From Escherichia coli (GTDB lineage Bacteria; Pseudomonadota; Gammaproteobacteria; Enterobacterales; Enterobacteriaceae), in assembly GCF_001677475.2 (NCBI RefSeq), contig NZ_CP015229.1: 64,000 nt of DNA. One strand, given 5' to 3'. Positions 21,675-33,521 of the stretch are shown in pieces (position 1 is the stretch's first letter; every line of letters begins with the position of its first letter). Position numbers and translations under genes: made by a program. A model generated the notes under the pieces. It saw only the letters and a program-made list of their open reading frames with translations, was not told the origin of the DNA and searched no databases.

Positions 21675-22697
21675 ATGTCTACGATGAATGTTTTAATTTG
21701 CCAGCAGCCGAAAGAATTAGTCTGGAAACAACGCGAGATACCTATTCCGGGTGACAATGAAGCATTAATAAAAATTAAGTCTGTCGGGATTTGCGGTACC
21801 GATATTCATGCCTGGGGTGGAAATCAACCATTTTTTAGTTATCCACGGGTTTTAGGCCATGAAATATGTGGGGAGATTGTTGGGCTGGGTAAAAATATTG
21901 CTGATCTTAAAAATGGTCAGCAAGTTGCTGTGATCCCTTATGTTGCCTGTCAGCAATGCCCGGCGTGTAAAAGCGGTCGTACCAATTGCTGTGAAAAAAT
22001 TTCAGTCATTGGCGTGCATCAGGATGGCGGTTTTAGTGAGTATTTGAGCGTGCCGGTGGCGAACATTTTGCCCGCAGATGGTATTGACCCGCAGGCGGCA
22101 GCATTGATTGAACCTTTCGCTATTAGCGCTCATGCGGTGCGTCGCGCAGCCATTGCTCCCGGCGAGCAGGTGCTGGTGGTCGGGGCGGGGCCAATCGGTC
22201 TGGGCGCGGCGGCAATCGCTAAAGCCGATGGCGCACAGGTGGTGGTGGCGGATACCAGTCCGGCGCGCCGTGAACATGTGGCAACGCGTCTGGAATTACC
22301 TGTACTGGACCCGTCAGCCGAAGATTTTGACGCGCAGCTGCGGGCGCAGTTTGGTGGTTCTCTGGCGCAGAAAGTGATCGACGCGACAGGTAATCAACAT
22401 GCGATGAATAACACCGTGAATCTGATTCGTCACGGCGGCACGGTGGTATTTGTCGGCCTGTTTAAAGGTGAGTTGCAGTTCTCCGATCCGGAATTCCATA
22501 AAAAAGAAACGACGATGATGGGCAGCCGCAACGCCACGCCGGAAGATTTCGCTAAAGTCGGTCGACTGATGGCGGAAGGGAAAATCACTGCCGACATGAT
22601 GTTAACCCATCGCTATCCGTTCGCCACGCTGGCAGAAACCTACGAGCGCGATGTGATTAACAATCGTGAGTTGATTAAGGGTGTAATTACTTTCTGA
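21675..22697 (+). CDS. lgoD: L-galactonate-5-dehydrogenase LgoD (YjjN), zinc-dependent MDR family
   Basis: ORF track 21660..22697; start set at MSTMNVLICQQPKELVWKQ; GHEICGEIV zinc-ADH motif. Confidence 0.85.
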   Translation: MSTMNVLICQQPKELVWKQREIPIPGDNEALIKIKSVGICGTDIHAWGGNQPFFSYPRVLGHEICGEIVGLGKNIADLKNGQQVAVIPYVACQQCPACKSGRTNCCEKISVIGVHQDGGFSEYLSVPVANILPADGIDPQAAALIEPFAISAHAVRRAAIAPGEQVLVVGAGPIGLGAAAIAKADGAQVVVADTSPARREHVATRLELPVLDPSAEDFDAQLRAQFGGSLAQKVIDATGNQHAMNNTVNLIRHGGTVVFVGLFKGELQFSDPEFHKKETTMMGSRNATPEDFAKVGRLMAEGKITADMMLTHRYPFATLAETYERDVINNRELIKGVITF

Positions 22698-22778
22698 TAA
22701 GGCGAGATTATTAAAGTTGCCATGCAGCGTCCGGGGAAGTGTTGGGCGCTGTTTTTTTCTGTTTCTCAATGATGTTTT

Positions 22779-22826
22779 GTAGGCCGGAGAAGGTGTGTAG
22801 GTCGCACCTTATGCGACCTACACATC
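22779..22826. repeat. REP-like palindromic element
   Basis: gtaggccggagaaggtgtgtaggtcgcaccttatgcgacctacac. Confidence 0.6.
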
Positions 22827-22835
22827 AGTCAGGAA

Positions 22836-25127
22836 TTACCCTTCACGTTCTACCACTTTAATTTCCACCATGCCGATCCCGAGCTTACGCGGCGAGTGTC
22901 CGAGGATATTCCCTTCGTTGGTTGAGACAGGTTCCGGCGGCACAATTACCAGTGTGTCTGCATCGGTTGGGTTATCGAAATGCAGTGTGGTGGTGGTCAC
23001 TTCATTGCCCAGCACAAGGGTTTGTTCTTCATTGCCTACGCGTACCGGAATAGGACGGCTGGCGTTATTGCCGTATGCTTTGGCGGTAATTACCAGGTCA
23101 AATTTCTTCGGCAGCGGATGCTTGTACTCGATTTTTACTTCATCGCCCAGCTGAGCGTTGGACCAGCGGCCCCACGACTCCGGACGGGAAATTCCGCTAA
23201 ACTGTTTCACCTCTTCTGGCGCACCGGCGACGTTAAAGATGAAACTGTCGGCTTTGTAGCGAATATCGTTATCAACAATCTTCAGCGTATCGACATTGCC
23301 TTTGTAACGCGCCATGTCGATGACCGTATCTTTAAATGCCGTTTTGCCCTTCCATGTTGTTTTGTCAACATGCTGAACAATTTGCTGACCGCCAAGCTGC
23401 CCTTGCGAGACACACCAGTCGGTGGAAAGTGCCAGTTCCGGAGCCCAGAGTTGTGCCATCTTATAGCAACGGTCAACCCAGACGAAATTGTCGCGTGGAG
23501 CGAAATCGGCCAGCTGGAAACGCAGCGGTGCTGAGTATTCGCTTTCCGGCAGCGGTTCCACGCGTTTGTCTGAAACCCGCAACAGCAGCGGCAAACGGAA
23601 ATGGCTACCCGAGAAGGCAATCATGTTTTTCTGCTGGTCGATGGTGAACTCTTTCATCTCTTTAGGGAATTTCCACAGGCGGATGATATCCGGCTTCCAC
23701 GCCAATGTTTTCTCTTTGATATTGAGGAAGATTTCCGACATTGACTGCCCGGATAAACTGCTACGACCAAGTCCGAGATAGTTATCGCCACCGAGAATGT
23801 CCAGCACCGTCGCGCCGTTATCCATCGTGTTACGCTTCACCGCCAGCGTCTCTTGCTGCGGCTTGTCGCCACGGATGACAAAAAACAGGTTATTGCGATC
23901 CTGTTTATTAAGGTATTTCCACGCCGTGTTGTTCATCGCTAAATGGTCAGAAGAGACGACGATAACAGTATCTTTAAACCACGGTGACGCTTTGATTTTG
24001 TTGATAAACGTCGCGATATTCTCCTGACTGCAACTTACCGCGCTGAATGACTGATTCGGCTTACCGTCAAAATCATATTTTTTGCGGTGACAGGTACGCG
24101 AGATAAAACCATCCGGGTGATGGGTATCGACTGTCAGGGTAAACAGTGAGAATCGCTGACCTGAGCGGGAAAGCTCTTCAAACTTTTTCCACGCTTCATC
24201 GAGAACGGTATCGTCGTAGAATCCCCAGTCGTTGCGATAGTGCGGGTCGGCCACCACGCTTTTCAGCTCTTCTGAGCCGAATAAGTGGTCGAAGCCGTGC
24301 GATTTCAGGAACACATCTTTACCGGCAAAACGCAGATTCGCGCCCTGCACGAAATAGTTCTGATAACCCGAGTTTTTCAGGATATCGCCCAGACAGATGT
24401 TCTGCGGGAAGAAGCTGGAGACAGAGGCGGAGGCGTTGCCTTCAAAGGGGGCAAACAGCGGTATGCCGCACTGAGAAGCCACCATGCCCGCAATCGTGTA
24501 ATCCGTTCCTGGCAGCTGCTGCGTGTGGCTGAAATCCAGGCCTTCATTTTTCAACGCGCCCAGTTCAGGCGTGAGATCCGGGAAAGCTTCGTTATCAAAA
24601 TAGGTTCGCTCGAGACTTTCGCCGTAGATATAAACCAGGTTGAGTTTCGGGTCAGGTATAGTTTTCGACGGCTCTTTATAATAAGCCGCAAAGTCCGGGT
24701 CGCCGTCGCGTGACTGGGATTTCACCAGTTCCGTTATCTGACGAAATGCCGGGCTGGCATCCACTGAACCCAGCGCCAGTAAGAGTGCCAGCAGGCTGTA
24801 ACCAAAATGGTGCGGATGATGACGACGACGGCGCAGGATCCAGCCCAGAGCACCGAACACCGCCGTCAGCCCCAGCACAATGCCGATACCCGGAAGAATG
24901 TATTTGCTGACGCCAGCACCGGTCAGGCTGTTGGTTAAGGTATAGAGAACCGCGTCGTTAATACCATCACCAGTAAAATAGTCGCTGGCAAACAGGGTGA
25001 TATTTAAAACGACAAATAGCCCCAGCACCGTTAACGTGGCTGCAAACCACCAGGTGTTACGTCCCGCTTTCCATGCGTAAATCAGCACAGAGGCGAGAAA
25101 AAGGGCGAAAGAGAGTAGTTCTGACAA
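22836..25127 (-). CDS. opgB: Phosphoglycerol transferase I OpgB (MdoB)
   Basis: ORF track 763 aa, N-terminal TM segments plus sulfatase-like domain; synteny. Confidence 0.9.
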   Translation of the reverse strand: MSELLSFALFLASVLIYAWKAGRNTWWFAATLTVLGLFVVLNITLFASDYFTGDGINDAVLYTLTNSLTGAGVSKYILPGIGIVLGLTAVFGALGWILRRRRHHPHHFGYSLLALLLALGSVDASPAFRQITELVKSQSRDGDPDFAAYYKEPSKTIPDPKLNLVYIYGESLERTYFDNEAFPDLTPELGALKNEGLDFSHTQQLPGTDYTIAGMVASQCGIPLFAPFEGNASASVSSFFPQNICLGDILKNSGYQNYFVQGANLRFAGKDVFLKSHGFDHLFGSEELKSVVADPHYRNDWGFYDDTVLDEAWKKFEELSRSGQRFSLFTLTVDTHHPDGFISRTCHRKKYDFDGKPNQSFSAVSCSQENIATFINKIKASPWFKDTVIVVSSDHLAMNNTAWKYLNKQDRNNLFFVIRGDKPQQETLAVKRNTMDNGATVLDILGGDNYLGLGRSSLSGQSMSEIFLNIKEKTLAWKPDIIRLWKFPKEMKEFTIDQQKNMIAFSGSHFRLPLLLRVSDKRVEPLPESEYSAPLRFQLADFAPRDNFVWVDRCYKMAQLWAPELALSTDWCVSQGQLGGQQIVQHVDKTTWKGKTAFKDTVIDMARYKGNVDTLKIVDNDIRYKADSFIFNVAGAPEEVKQFSGISRPESWGRWSNAQLGDEVKIEYKHPLPKKFDLVITAKAYGNNASRPIPVRVGNEEQTLVLGNEVTTTTLHFDNPTDADTLVIVPPEPVSTNEGNILGHSPRKLGIGMVEIKVVEREG

Positions 25128-25380
25128 CGGGCGATCCTCACTAAACCGGGCCGTTTAGCCAACGTTTAAGCTTTTTGAGAAGCACAATGTAATGGCGTCG
25201 CCATATTGCTGCAATTCTAGTGTCAAAAAAATGCGATGTTGTTAGGAATTAGTTTATAAACAGACTTTTTTGATTACGGTCGCTTCCCGTGTAACAGGGG
25301 GAAAACCGTCCAGGAGCAGGGAAAAGCGCAGGAGAGAGCCGCGTCAGCCGGGTAACAGCTAAAACGCGGCGTTTCGCGGT

Positions 25381-25875
25381 TCAGGAAATGAAGTTCAGCC
25401 CCTGTTTTAACACCAGATCGCAGGCTTTGGTTTTCACCTTTTCTGCCAGCGGAGTCGTTCCGATATTATCCAGATTGAGTTGCTGACCATCTTTAGTTTT
25501 CAGCAAACCCTGAATGCCATCCAGATAGTTGGTGTCTTCTTTTTGCTCTTCACTGTTCAGGCCCAGTTTTTCCAGTACCTGATTCTTGATGTTTTCGGCA
25601 TCGGTTACCGAAGCCAGCTTTTGCTTCGCGCAGTATTGCAGAATGCCTGCGGCATTGTTCATGTTATCTGCGCTTAAGGCCTGGTTCCCGCTGCTAAGCA
25701 AGTTAGTTAATGACGCGAGCGACCAACCGCCTTCCTGTGTCGTGTTGTTTTGGTTGCCAAGTTCGCTGGCGGCGCTGGAGAGCGCATCTTTCCATGACGC
25801 AGCATGTGCCCCGGTGGAAATTAATGCGCTGGCGGCAATGGCACAGCACAGAAGATGTTTAATAGTTTTCATCAT
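25381..25875 (-). CDS. yjjA: DUF2501 periplasmic protein YjjA
   Basis: ORF track 25381..25878; signal peptide MMKTIKHLLCCAIAASALISTGAHA; synteny upstream of dnaC. Confidence 0.8.
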   Translation of the reverse strand: MMKTIKHLLCCAIAASALISTGAHAASWKDALSSAASELGNQNNTTQEGGWSLASLTNLLSSGNQALSADNMNNAAGILQYCAKQKLASVTDAENIKNQVLEKLGLNSEEQKEDTNYLDGIQGLLKTKDGQQLNLDNIGTTPLAEKVKTKACDLVLKQGLNFIS

Positions 25876-25923
25876 CATTACTCAAGGTTGAATTGTGTCA
25901 CAGTATACCGCCCGAAACGGGGA

Positions 25924-26661
25924 TTAATACTCTTTACCTGTTACACGGCTACGGTAGCTATCCCAGTTGAAGATCACCCACAAACTGTTACCCAGGCGCA
26001 TACGGTCCATCACGCGTTCGCCCAGCAACTTGGTCATCTCTTCCATATTACTGTTGGTCAGCATCCCGGTTGGGCGTTTGGAAGAAGAGCGGCGATCGAC
26101 GATCTGGTTGATGATCACTTTTTCGTATTTCGATTCGGTCTGCACGCCGATCTCATCGATCACCAGCAGATCAACGTTACTCAGATCGTTAAGCAGTTGT
26201 TCTTCGCTTGTACCGCTATTCCTGAAGGTATCTTTCATCGCCGACATAATATCGGCCACGGTGATAATCAATACGGATTTACCGCGTAGCAGCAGTTCGT
26301 TGCAGATTGCCGCCGCCAGATGGTTTTTGCCGGTTCCTGGCTTACCAGAAAAGATGAAGCTGGCGATGTTGCCGTCAAACTCTTCGACATACTGGCGCGC
26401 TTTGCTTAACGCATTCATTTGCCCTTCACACTCAACGCGATAGTTCTCAAAGGAGCAGTTCTGATGCAGTGGACGAATACCGGAGCGGTTAAAGGTGCGC
26501 TGCATTTTCATCGCCCGATTTTCACGTTCGAGAGCGGCGGAGCGGATCGCCCCTTGTTCTTTCTGCCAGGCCAGTAGTTCTTCACCCGTTTTGAAAGCAG
26601 GTTTGATATGGGCAGGCATCATTTTTTGCAGGCGTTGCATCAGGTCGCCAACGTTTTTCAT
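25924..26661 (-). CDS. dnaC: DNA replication helicase loader DnaC
   Basis: ORF track 245 aa; MKNVGDLMQRLQKMMPAHIKPAF...; Walker A GKPGTGKNHLAAA. Confidence 0.95.
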   Translation of the reverse strand: MKNVGDLMQRLQKMMPAHIKPAFKTGEELLAWQKEQGAIRSAALERENRAMKMQRTFNRSGIRPLHQNCSFENYRVECEGQMNALSKARQYVEEFDGNIASFIFSGKPGTGKNHLAAAICNELLLRGKSVLIITVADIMSAMKDTFRNSGTSEEQLLNDLSNVDLLVIDEIGVQTESKYEKVIINQIVDRRSSSKRPTGMLTNSNMEEMTKLLGERVMDRMRLGNSLWVIFNWDSYRSRVTGKEY

Positions 26662-26663
26662 CG

Positions 26664-27203
26664 TTACCCTCTGAATCCTGGTGGAATTTGGCTGTCAGGT
26701 TCACTGACCGTATTCACATCTCGTTTCGGCAGTCCGCCGTTGCTGGCACGGCCGATTTGCAGGCTGCGCGCCAGTTTTTGTTGCCACTGTACATGGTGAA
26801 AGACTTTACCTTCCGCCTGCCAGTAGGCAATGAATGAGGCCAGTTCTTCGGTGGTCACCGGCTCTCTTAGCGCCACGCCCCATAGCGCCGCCAGGCGGAT
26901 AAAGTCGGCATCGGGTTGCCAGTCCGGATACATGGCGAATTTCCCCATGGGTACAGCAACGGGAGCAGCTTGCGGTTCCTGATAGAGTTGATCGTCCAGA
27001 GCGACATCGCTTCCCGGACGCGCCAGCTTTTCTTCCAGCGCCAGCAGTTCAGCCAGGCGTGCAGGCGTGACGGCATAAAACGCCGGGGCATTGTTAGCAA
27101 ATACGGCAACCACACCGCCTTCAGCTTTTGCCAGAACGGTTTGGTGATCGTGTACCAGGGCGTCAATACCAACGACGTCCGGGGTCAAAACTCTGGAAGA
27201 CAT
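26664..27203 (-). CDS. dnaT: Primosomal protein 1 DnaT
   Basis: ORF track 26664..27215; start at [17 protein letters not shown], 179 aa; ends ...[10 protein letters not shown]. Confidence 0.95.
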
Positions 27204-27309
27204 ACTGTTTCTCAAATATGGAACGATGAACGAGAAGGGAGATAACTTTTATAGTAACACACGGAGGAGAGGAGGCTGTCTCTCATCCGTGTGCTTAAGC
27301 GAGGCAATT

Positions 27310-27783
27310 TTATACGCGAGGGCGCTTGCGGTACAACCATAATCCAGGAATGGAAAGACCGATGGATAATGCACCAACAATCGATGAAGCTGTAAGAAAG
27401 TTGGTTAACAGGGTAATCATCAATGACTCGCTGTAGCCTAACTGGCTGATTTTTACCGCCGAAATCATTGCGGTATAAGCCGATATGCCAGGGAACATAG
27501 GGATAACGGCCGCCACGGTAAACACTTTCGGATGCGCCAGATACCAGCGCGACCATTGAATACCAATGGTGCCGACCAGCATGGAGGCCATAAAGGTTGA
27601 CCACTCAATATTCAGCCCGCTGGTCATTAAGATCATTCGTGAACCATGACCAATCGCGCCAAGCAGCGCACACCAGCGTAACGCCCGAACGGGAACGTTG
27701 AACACCATCGCAAAGCCGACCGCTGGAATGGCGGCGAGGATCATATCCTGCGCCAACGCTAACAGAAATTCGATCACACCCAT
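27310..27783 (-). CDS. yjjB: ThrE-family exporter small subunit YjjB
   Basis: ORF track 27310..27798; start at [24 protein letters not shown], 157 aa. Confidence 0.85.
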   Translation of the reverse strand: MGVIEFLLALAQDMILAAIPAVGFAMVFNVPVRALRWCALLGAIGHGSRMILMTSGLNIEWSTFMASMLVGTIGIQWSRWYLAHPKVFTVAAVIPMFPGISAYTAMISAVKISQLGYSESLMITLLTNFLTASSIVGALSIGLSIPGLWLYRKRPRV

Positions 27784-28544
27784 CCGCGTAGCCCCCAAAT
27801 CGTCAGTGCCATCACCACGCCGACGCAGGTAGCCAGTGTCAGCAGACTGGCGATCGCCCAGCGTGCCAGTCCGGTATTGATGTGGCCTTTAAACATATCG
27901 GCGACGGCATTAATCAACGGAAAACCCGGCACCAGCAGCAGAACGCTGGCGGCCATCGCGATAGTGGGTGTATTGCTGAAAGTTGGAAGTTGCAAAAGCA
28001 AACCGGAAATGGTGGTGGCGGCGAAAGCGGTGAGGCAAAAGTTGATCTGTGGATGAAGATGACGTTGTGCCAGCAGCTGGCGGATATACATCGCGACCGT
28101 ACTGGCAAAGAAGGTGATGACGGCACCATCCCAGCCACCTTTATTGAGTTTACAGAAACAGGCGCAAGAAAGGCCGACCATTAAGGCTACCAGCCATCTC
28201 GGGTAACGTAATGGCTGAATTTGGCTAAATCGTTTCTCTACACCTTTGTAATCCAGCAGATGATGCTCCGCCAGAATTACAATGTGCTGGACTTCAGTCA
28301 CCACATGCATATTAATGCCGCGATCGTGATTTTTTCGTGTCGATGTCAGGCATTGCCCATCTTTAATGGTTGTCAGCACTATGGCGTTCGAAGAGATAGA
28401 ACTTTCGACGCTGTCCATTCCCAACGCCCGACCCAGTCGTGAGGAAAGCTCATCAACCAACGCGCTTTCCGCACCATGTTGCAAAAGAAATAATCCACAC
28501 TGGATACAAAGCCGTGTTACGGCTCGCTGTTGCTCAGTTTGCAT
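27774..28544 (-). CDS. yjjP: ThrE-family exporter large subunit YjjP
   Basis: ORF track 27774..28607; start at [21 protein letters not shown], 256 aa. Confidence 0.85.
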   Translation of the reverse strand: MQTEQQRAVTRLCIQCGLFLLQHGAESALVDELSSRLGRALGMDSVESSISSNAIVLTTIKDGQCLTSTRKNHDRGINMHVVTEVQHIVILAEHHLLDYKGVEKRFSQIQPLRYPRWLVALMVGLSCACFCKLNKGGWDGAVITFFASTVAMYIRQLLAQRHLHPQINFCLTAFAATTISGLLLQLPTFSNTPTIAMAASVLLLVPGFPLINAVADMFKGHINTGLARWAIASLLTLATCVGVVMALTIWGLRGWV

Positions 28545-29162
28545 AACTCGCCCTTTGTCATAGACGTGCTGCGTATTGTTCAGATAATGAGAATCCATTT
28601 GTATCATGAAGCACGGTTGTTTTGCGGTAGGTTAAGATCAAAATTGCGCTGATTAATCCTGGTTATCGGGAGAAGCTCGGTGATAAAAAGCGAATTATCT
28701 CTCGTCGCAAACAAATTATCACATGAATATTATCACTATAATGAATTTATTGTTTAGCCTTTACGAATCAGGATAAAAGATAACTGGGCGCGTTTTTTAA
28801 TTTTTACAAGTTAAAACTATCAGATTTTATTGAATAAATATTGATTGTGTGATTTTTCATTCTGTGGGAAGGGATATCAGTTAATTATAAATTAAATGAA
28901 TGAGAATTCTGTTTTCTATTAAGTATTTCTAACAACTTAATGTAGATATTTTAAATGTCTCCAGGCTATTTCACCAGGTTATCATTTGATGCTAACCTTC
29001 TGACACATGCAGTGGAGTTGTTGTGCAGCAGGAGTATGCTGATATGAAAGTGAATGCTAAGGATAATTTATTCGCTTAATCTATTAATTTGCTGGAAACA
29101 TGTAAGGAATGAATATCCTGAATAAACCATCATGATTTTTAGACAGTGGATGTGGAGGAAAT

Positions 29163-29888
29163 ATGTTGCCAGGATGCTGCAAAAATGGAATTGTTATCAG
29201 TAAAATACCTGTTATGCAAGCAGGGTTAAAAGAGGTCATGAGGACTCACTTCCCTGAATATGAAATAATATCCAGCGCCTCTGCGGAGGACCTTACCTTA
29301 TTACAATTACGTCGTTCCGGATTAGTCATTGCTGATTTAGCCGGTGAAAGTGAAGATCCACGTTCTGTTTGTGAACATTATTATTCTTTAATCTCGCAAT
29401 ATCGGGAAATTCACTGGGTTTTCATGGTGTCACGCTCCTGGTATTCCCAGGCAGTAGAATTGCTCATGTGCCCTACGGCGACGTTATTGTCTGATGTTGA
29501 ACCCATTGAGAATCTGGTCAAGACCGTACGTTCCGGCAATACGCACGCAGAGCGTATCAGCGCCATGCTGACCTCTCCGGCAATGACTGAAACTCATGAT
29601 TTTAGCTATCGCTCCGTCATTCTCACTCTTTCAGAGCGCAAGGTACTGCGGCTATTAGGTAAAGGATGGGGCATCAACCAGATAGCTTCATTGCTTAAGA
29701 AAAGTAATAAAACTATCAGCGCCCAAAAAAACAGTGCGATGCGTCGACTGGCAATTCACAGCAACGCTGAAATGTATGCATGGATAAATAGCGCGCAGGG
29801 TGCAAGAGAACTTAACTTGCCTTCTGTTTATGGAGATGCCGCAGAATGGAACACAGCCGAATTAAGAAGAGAAATGTCGCACTCATAG
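29163..29888 (+). CDS. yjjQ: LuxR-family transcriptional regulator YjjQ
   Basis: ORF track 241 aa; C-terminal LuxR-type HTH; AT-rich upstream region. Confidence 0.85.
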
Positions 29889-30523
29889 AAAAATGCGTCA
29901 TGAGCAGTATCGGTATTGAGAGTTTATTCAGAAAGTTTGCGGGTAACCCTTATAAGCTCCATACCTATACCAGTCAGGAGCCATTTCAGGATGCCATGTC
30001 GCGGATCTCGTTTGCGGCGGTCATTTTTTCTTTTTCTGCCATGAGAAGTGAGCGCAGAGAGGGATTATCTTGCCTGACTGAACTGGCGATTAAGTTTCCG
30101 CGTACCCGGCGTTTAGTTATTGCGGATGATGATATTGAAGCTCGGCTGATTGGTTCATTGTCGCCATCACCGCTGGACGGTGTATTAAGTAAAGCATCAA
30201 CGCTGGAGATTTTTCATCAGGAACTCTTTTTGTCATTAAATGGTGTACGTCAGGCGACCGACCGACTGAACAATCAGTGGTACATTAACCAAAGTCGGAC
30301 GCTAAGCCCGACGGAGAGAGAAATATTGCGCTTTATGTCGCGTGGCTACTCAATGACACAAATTGCCGAGCAGCTTAAACGCAATATCAAAACGATCCGT
30401 GCACATAAATTTAATGTGATGTCGAAACTGGGCGTCAGTTCTGATGCAGGGTTGTTGGAGGCCGCAGATATTCTGTTATGTATGCGGCATTGCGAAGCAA
30501 GTAATGTGTTGCATCCCTATTAA
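29846..30523 (+). CDS. bglJ: LuxR-family transcriptional activator BglJ
   Basis: ORF track 225 aa; overlaps yjjQ 3' end as in yjjQ-bglJ operon. Confidence 0.85.
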
Positions 30524-30560
30524 TCCGCATGATGCCGGGTTTACTTCCCCGGCAGTGCTT

Positions 30561-31349
30561 TCATTTCAGCGTACAATCGCCACATTGCTGCACATCCGGT
30601 AAGCGATAACGCTGGCAGCAAGTGCGGCGCACCAGCAGGCCGTCGCGCAGTACCACGGTACGCCAGAGTGGATTATCATCACCGTTCGTGAGCGTTTTCT
30701 CAAAAAAGAGGGCATGGCGCAGCGATTCAACAGTAGCCTCGCCGAGCAGTTGCTTCATCTCAGTGAGATACCAGTTGATCAAATAACCGGTATTACTCCA
30801 GATAAGTTTGCCGTTGATCTCTCCGGTCGCTTCTAGTGCTTGCACAACCGGAACCAGCGCCTGGCTGATTAACGTTTCCATTCGATGCTGCGGCGAATGT
30901 GGTGTTGCGTTTTTATCTTCACACACATCGACCCAGAAACAGGCGACGCGTCCGGTTTCGTGAAACTCAGCATGGAAATGTTCCGGCGACACATCTAATG
31001 CTTTTTCCTGCGTCAGTAGCGCCAGCATTAATGGTGGCACCATCAGGCCGATATACCATTGTGCCCATAGTGAGATCAGCGGTTTGTTCTCGCGGATCAT
31101 CGTTGGTTGGTTGCGATAGATATGATCGGAATAGACCGCGAGTAGAGAACTTAGCGCATTCGGTGATGACCATTGCGCCAGCGTCATGGCGTTAAGCGGA
31201 GCGGGTTCATCCAGGCGGATAAACTCCAGCAAATGTTCACGATGTTCGGCGATCGTCGCCCGTACGGCTTGTGCAAGCCCAGCATCCTGCGGCTGGAGAT
31301 GCGTTCGCCAGATAACATCTTCATAGAGCGGTGCGGAACGATAGGCCAT
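30561..31349 (-). CDS. fhuF: Ferric-siderophore reductase FhuF (2Fe-2S)
   Basis: ORF track 262 aa; C-terminal cysteine cluster RRTCCQRYRLPDVQQCGDCTLK. Confidence 0.9.
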   Translation of the reverse strand: MAYRSAPLYEDVIWRTHLQPQDAGLAQAVRATIAEHREHLLEFIRLDEPAPLNAMTLAQWSSPNALSSLLAVYSDHIYRNQPTMIRENKPLISLWAQWYIGLMVPPLMLALLTQEKALDVSPEHFHAEFHETGRVACFWVDVCEDKNATPHSPQHRMETLISQALVPVVQALEATGEINGKLIWSNTGYLINWYLTEMKQLLGEATVESLRHALFFEKTLTNGDDNPLWRTVVLRDGLLVRRTCCQRYRLPDVQQCGDCTLK

Positions 31350-31365
31350 AATCGGGATAGTAATC

Positions 31366-31476
31366 TAAATGATAATGATTGCTAATCCTAGCGATAGGTT
31401 TACCCGATAGCAAGGGATTTCTCTGGCTTGCAAATGATAAAAATTATCATATGATATTAGTTATCATTATCAATGA
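31366..31476. promoter_or_regulatory. Fur-box-like iron-regulatory sites in fhuF/yjjZ divergent promoter region
   Basis: gataatgattgctaatcc and tgataaaaattatcatatgatattagttatcattatc resemble Fur consensus GATAATGATAATCATTATC. Confidence 0.6.
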
Positions 31477-31489
31477 AAGAGATGAAACC

Positions 31490-31726
31490 ATGTTGCAACG
31501 TACGCTGGGCAGTGGCTGGGGAGTGTTGCTGCCGGGATTGCTGATTGCAGGGCTGATGTATGCGGATTTATCGCCGGATCAATGGCGGATTATCATTCTG
31601 ATGGGATTAGTATTGACGCCGGTGATGCTGTATCACAAACAGTTGCGGCATTACGTTTTGCTGCCATCGTGCCTGGCGCTTATTGCTGGCGTCATGCTGA
31701 TGATGATGAATTTGAAGCAGGGATGA
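31490..31726 (+). CDS. yjjZ: Small inner-membrane protein YjjZ (78 aa)
   Basis: ORF track 31379..31726; ATG at 31490 gives MLQRTLGSGWGVLLPGLLIAGLMYADL... Confidence 0.75.
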   Translation: MLQRTLGSGWGVLLPGLLIAGLMYADLSPDQWRIIILMGLVLTPVMLYHKQLRHYVLLPSCLALIAGVMLMMMNLKQG

Positions 31727-31764
31727 TAAAACAGGGAAGCAACAAGAAAGGAAGTAAAGATAAT

Positions 31765-31851
31765 TGGTGCGAGGGGGGGGACTTGAACCCCCACGTCCGT
31801 AAGGACACTAACACCTGAAGCTAGCGCGTCTACCAATTCCGCCACCTTCGC
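31765..31851 (-). tRNA. leuV: tRNA-Leu (anticodon CAG)
   Basis: Reverse complement reads GCGAAGGTGGCGGAATTGGTAGACGCGCTAGCTTCAGGTGTTAGTGTCCTTACGGACGTGGGGGTTCAAGTCCCCCCCCTCGCACCA; encoded CCA. Confidence 0.95.
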
Positions 31852-31885
31852 ACAGTCATCTTACTTTTTTTGATATCGCCTCGTT

Positions 31886-31972
31886 TGGTGCGAGGGGGGG
31901 GACTTGAACCCCCACGTCCGTAAGAACACTAACACCTGAAGCTAGCGCGTCTACCAATTCCGCCACCTTCGC
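31886..31972 (-). tRNA. leuP: tRNA-Leu (anticodon CAG), one-base variant in variable arm
   Basis: Same 87-nt tRNA with aagaacac instead of aaggacac on plus strand. Confidence 0.95.
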
Positions 31973-32000
31973 CCAGTGCGAGCAATATCAACGTGGTTTT

Positions 32001-32087
32001 TGGTGCGAGGGGGGGGACTTGAACCCCCACGTCCGTAAGGACACTAACACCTGAAGCTAGCGCGTCTACCAATTCCGCCACCTTCGC
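32001..32087 (-). tRNA. leuQ: tRNA-Leu (anticodon CAG)
   Basis: Third tandem copy identical to the first. Confidence 0.95.
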
Positions 32088-32192
32088 ATACCGTCAATTC
32101 TTAAAAAGAATTGCTACCACGGAGGCGCATTCTAGTGGTTTTCAGCTTTTCGTCAATAGTTAATTATCGCCGGAGGTGTAATTGCTGGAAAA

Positions 32193-32387
<195 letters not shown>

Positions 32388-33419
32388 TTAACCTTTCTTC
32401 GCCTGGCGGGTCATAATGGCGCGATACACCTTGAAACGCCCGGTTTGCGCGATAACTTCGTGGAAGCCAAATGTCTCATCCAGCACGTCCGGATAAGGCA
32501 GGAAGGCGTTCGCTACAATTCGCAGCTCGCCGCCGCTATTAAGATGACGCACCGCGCCGCGAATCAGCGTTTGCGCGGCATCCAGGCTGGTTTGCATCCC
32601 ATCGTGGAACGGCGGGTTGGAGATGATCATATCAAAACGACCTTTCACCTCGGAAAAGACGTTACTGGCAAAGACTTCACCTTCAACACCGTTGGCCGCA
32701 AGTGTTGCGCGGCTGGCTTCTACCGCTGGCGCAGAGACATCGCACAGAGTGAGACGAATTTTCGGTGAATGGCGCGCAAAGGCAACCGAAAGCACGCCCG
32801 CGCCGCAGCCGACATCCAGCACTTTACCTTTCGTGTGCGGAGTTAACGTCGAGAGCAGCAACTGGCTACCGACATCCAGACCGTCGCGGCTAAACACGCC
32901 AGGCAGCGTTTTGACCGTCAGGCCATCGACGCTGTATTCGCCCCAGAATTTATCGGCATCAAACACCGGCTGTTTTTCCAGACGACCAAAATAGAGGCCA
33001 CAGCGACGGGCGCTGTCGACTTTATTCAACGGCGCATAATCTGCCAGCATCTGTTCGGCGCTGCGCACGCCGCTGCGGTTCTCGCCAACGACAAAAATAT
33101 CCGTGCCCACCGGCAGCAGAGAAAGTAAATTCATCAACTGGAACTGGGCTTCCGGTTTGTTCTTCGGCCAGTAGTAAATCAAAGTATCGCAATCTGCGAC
33201 GTCATCCGCCGTGGCGACCAGGCTAAAACGGGCGTTATCCCCCATCTGGCGGCTTAACACCTGCCAATGGTGGAATTGCTGGGTATGAGCACGGCTGGCC
33301 GCGGTATCTAAACGCGCGGGCAGGTCATCCTGTAAGTCTCCGGCAAAAAGAATACGGCTTTGTTCGAAATCATCACTGTGACGCAGCAAGACTTCACTTG
33401 CCGGGGTAAATGCAGACAT
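32388..33419 (-). CDS. rsmC: 16S rRNA (guanine1207-N2)-methyltransferase RsmC
   Basis: ORF track 343 aa; SAM-MTase motif [11 protein letters not shown] and NPPFH. Confidence 0.9.
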   Translation of the reverse strand: MSAFTPASEVLLRHSDDFEQSRILFAGDLQDDLPARLDTAASRAHTQQFHHWQVLSRQMGDNARFSLVATADDVADCDTLIYYWPKNKPEAQFQLMNLLSLLPVGTDIFVVGENRSGVRSAEQMLADYAPLNKVDSARRCGLYFGRLEKQPVFDADKFWGEYSVDGLTVKTLPGVFSRDGLDVGSQLLLSTLTPHTKGKVLDVGCGAGVLSVAFARHSPKIRLTLCDVSAPAVEASRATLAANGVEGEVFASNVFSEVKGRFDMIISNPPFHDGMQTSLDAAQTLIRGAVRHLNSGGELRIVANAFLPYPDVLDETFGFHEVIAQTGRFKVYRAIMTRQAKKG

Positions 33420-33521
33420 GGAATGCTCCTCAATTAATACTGGCGGCGATTATAGCCATATGTTGGCGCGGTATCGACGAATTTGCTATATTTGCGCCCC
33501 TGACAACAGGAGCGATTCGCT

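Noticed and set aside
31770-32020. G8 homopolymer runs as possible phase-variable tracts
   Set aside because: They are the T-stem/acceptor regions of the three tRNA-Leu genes.
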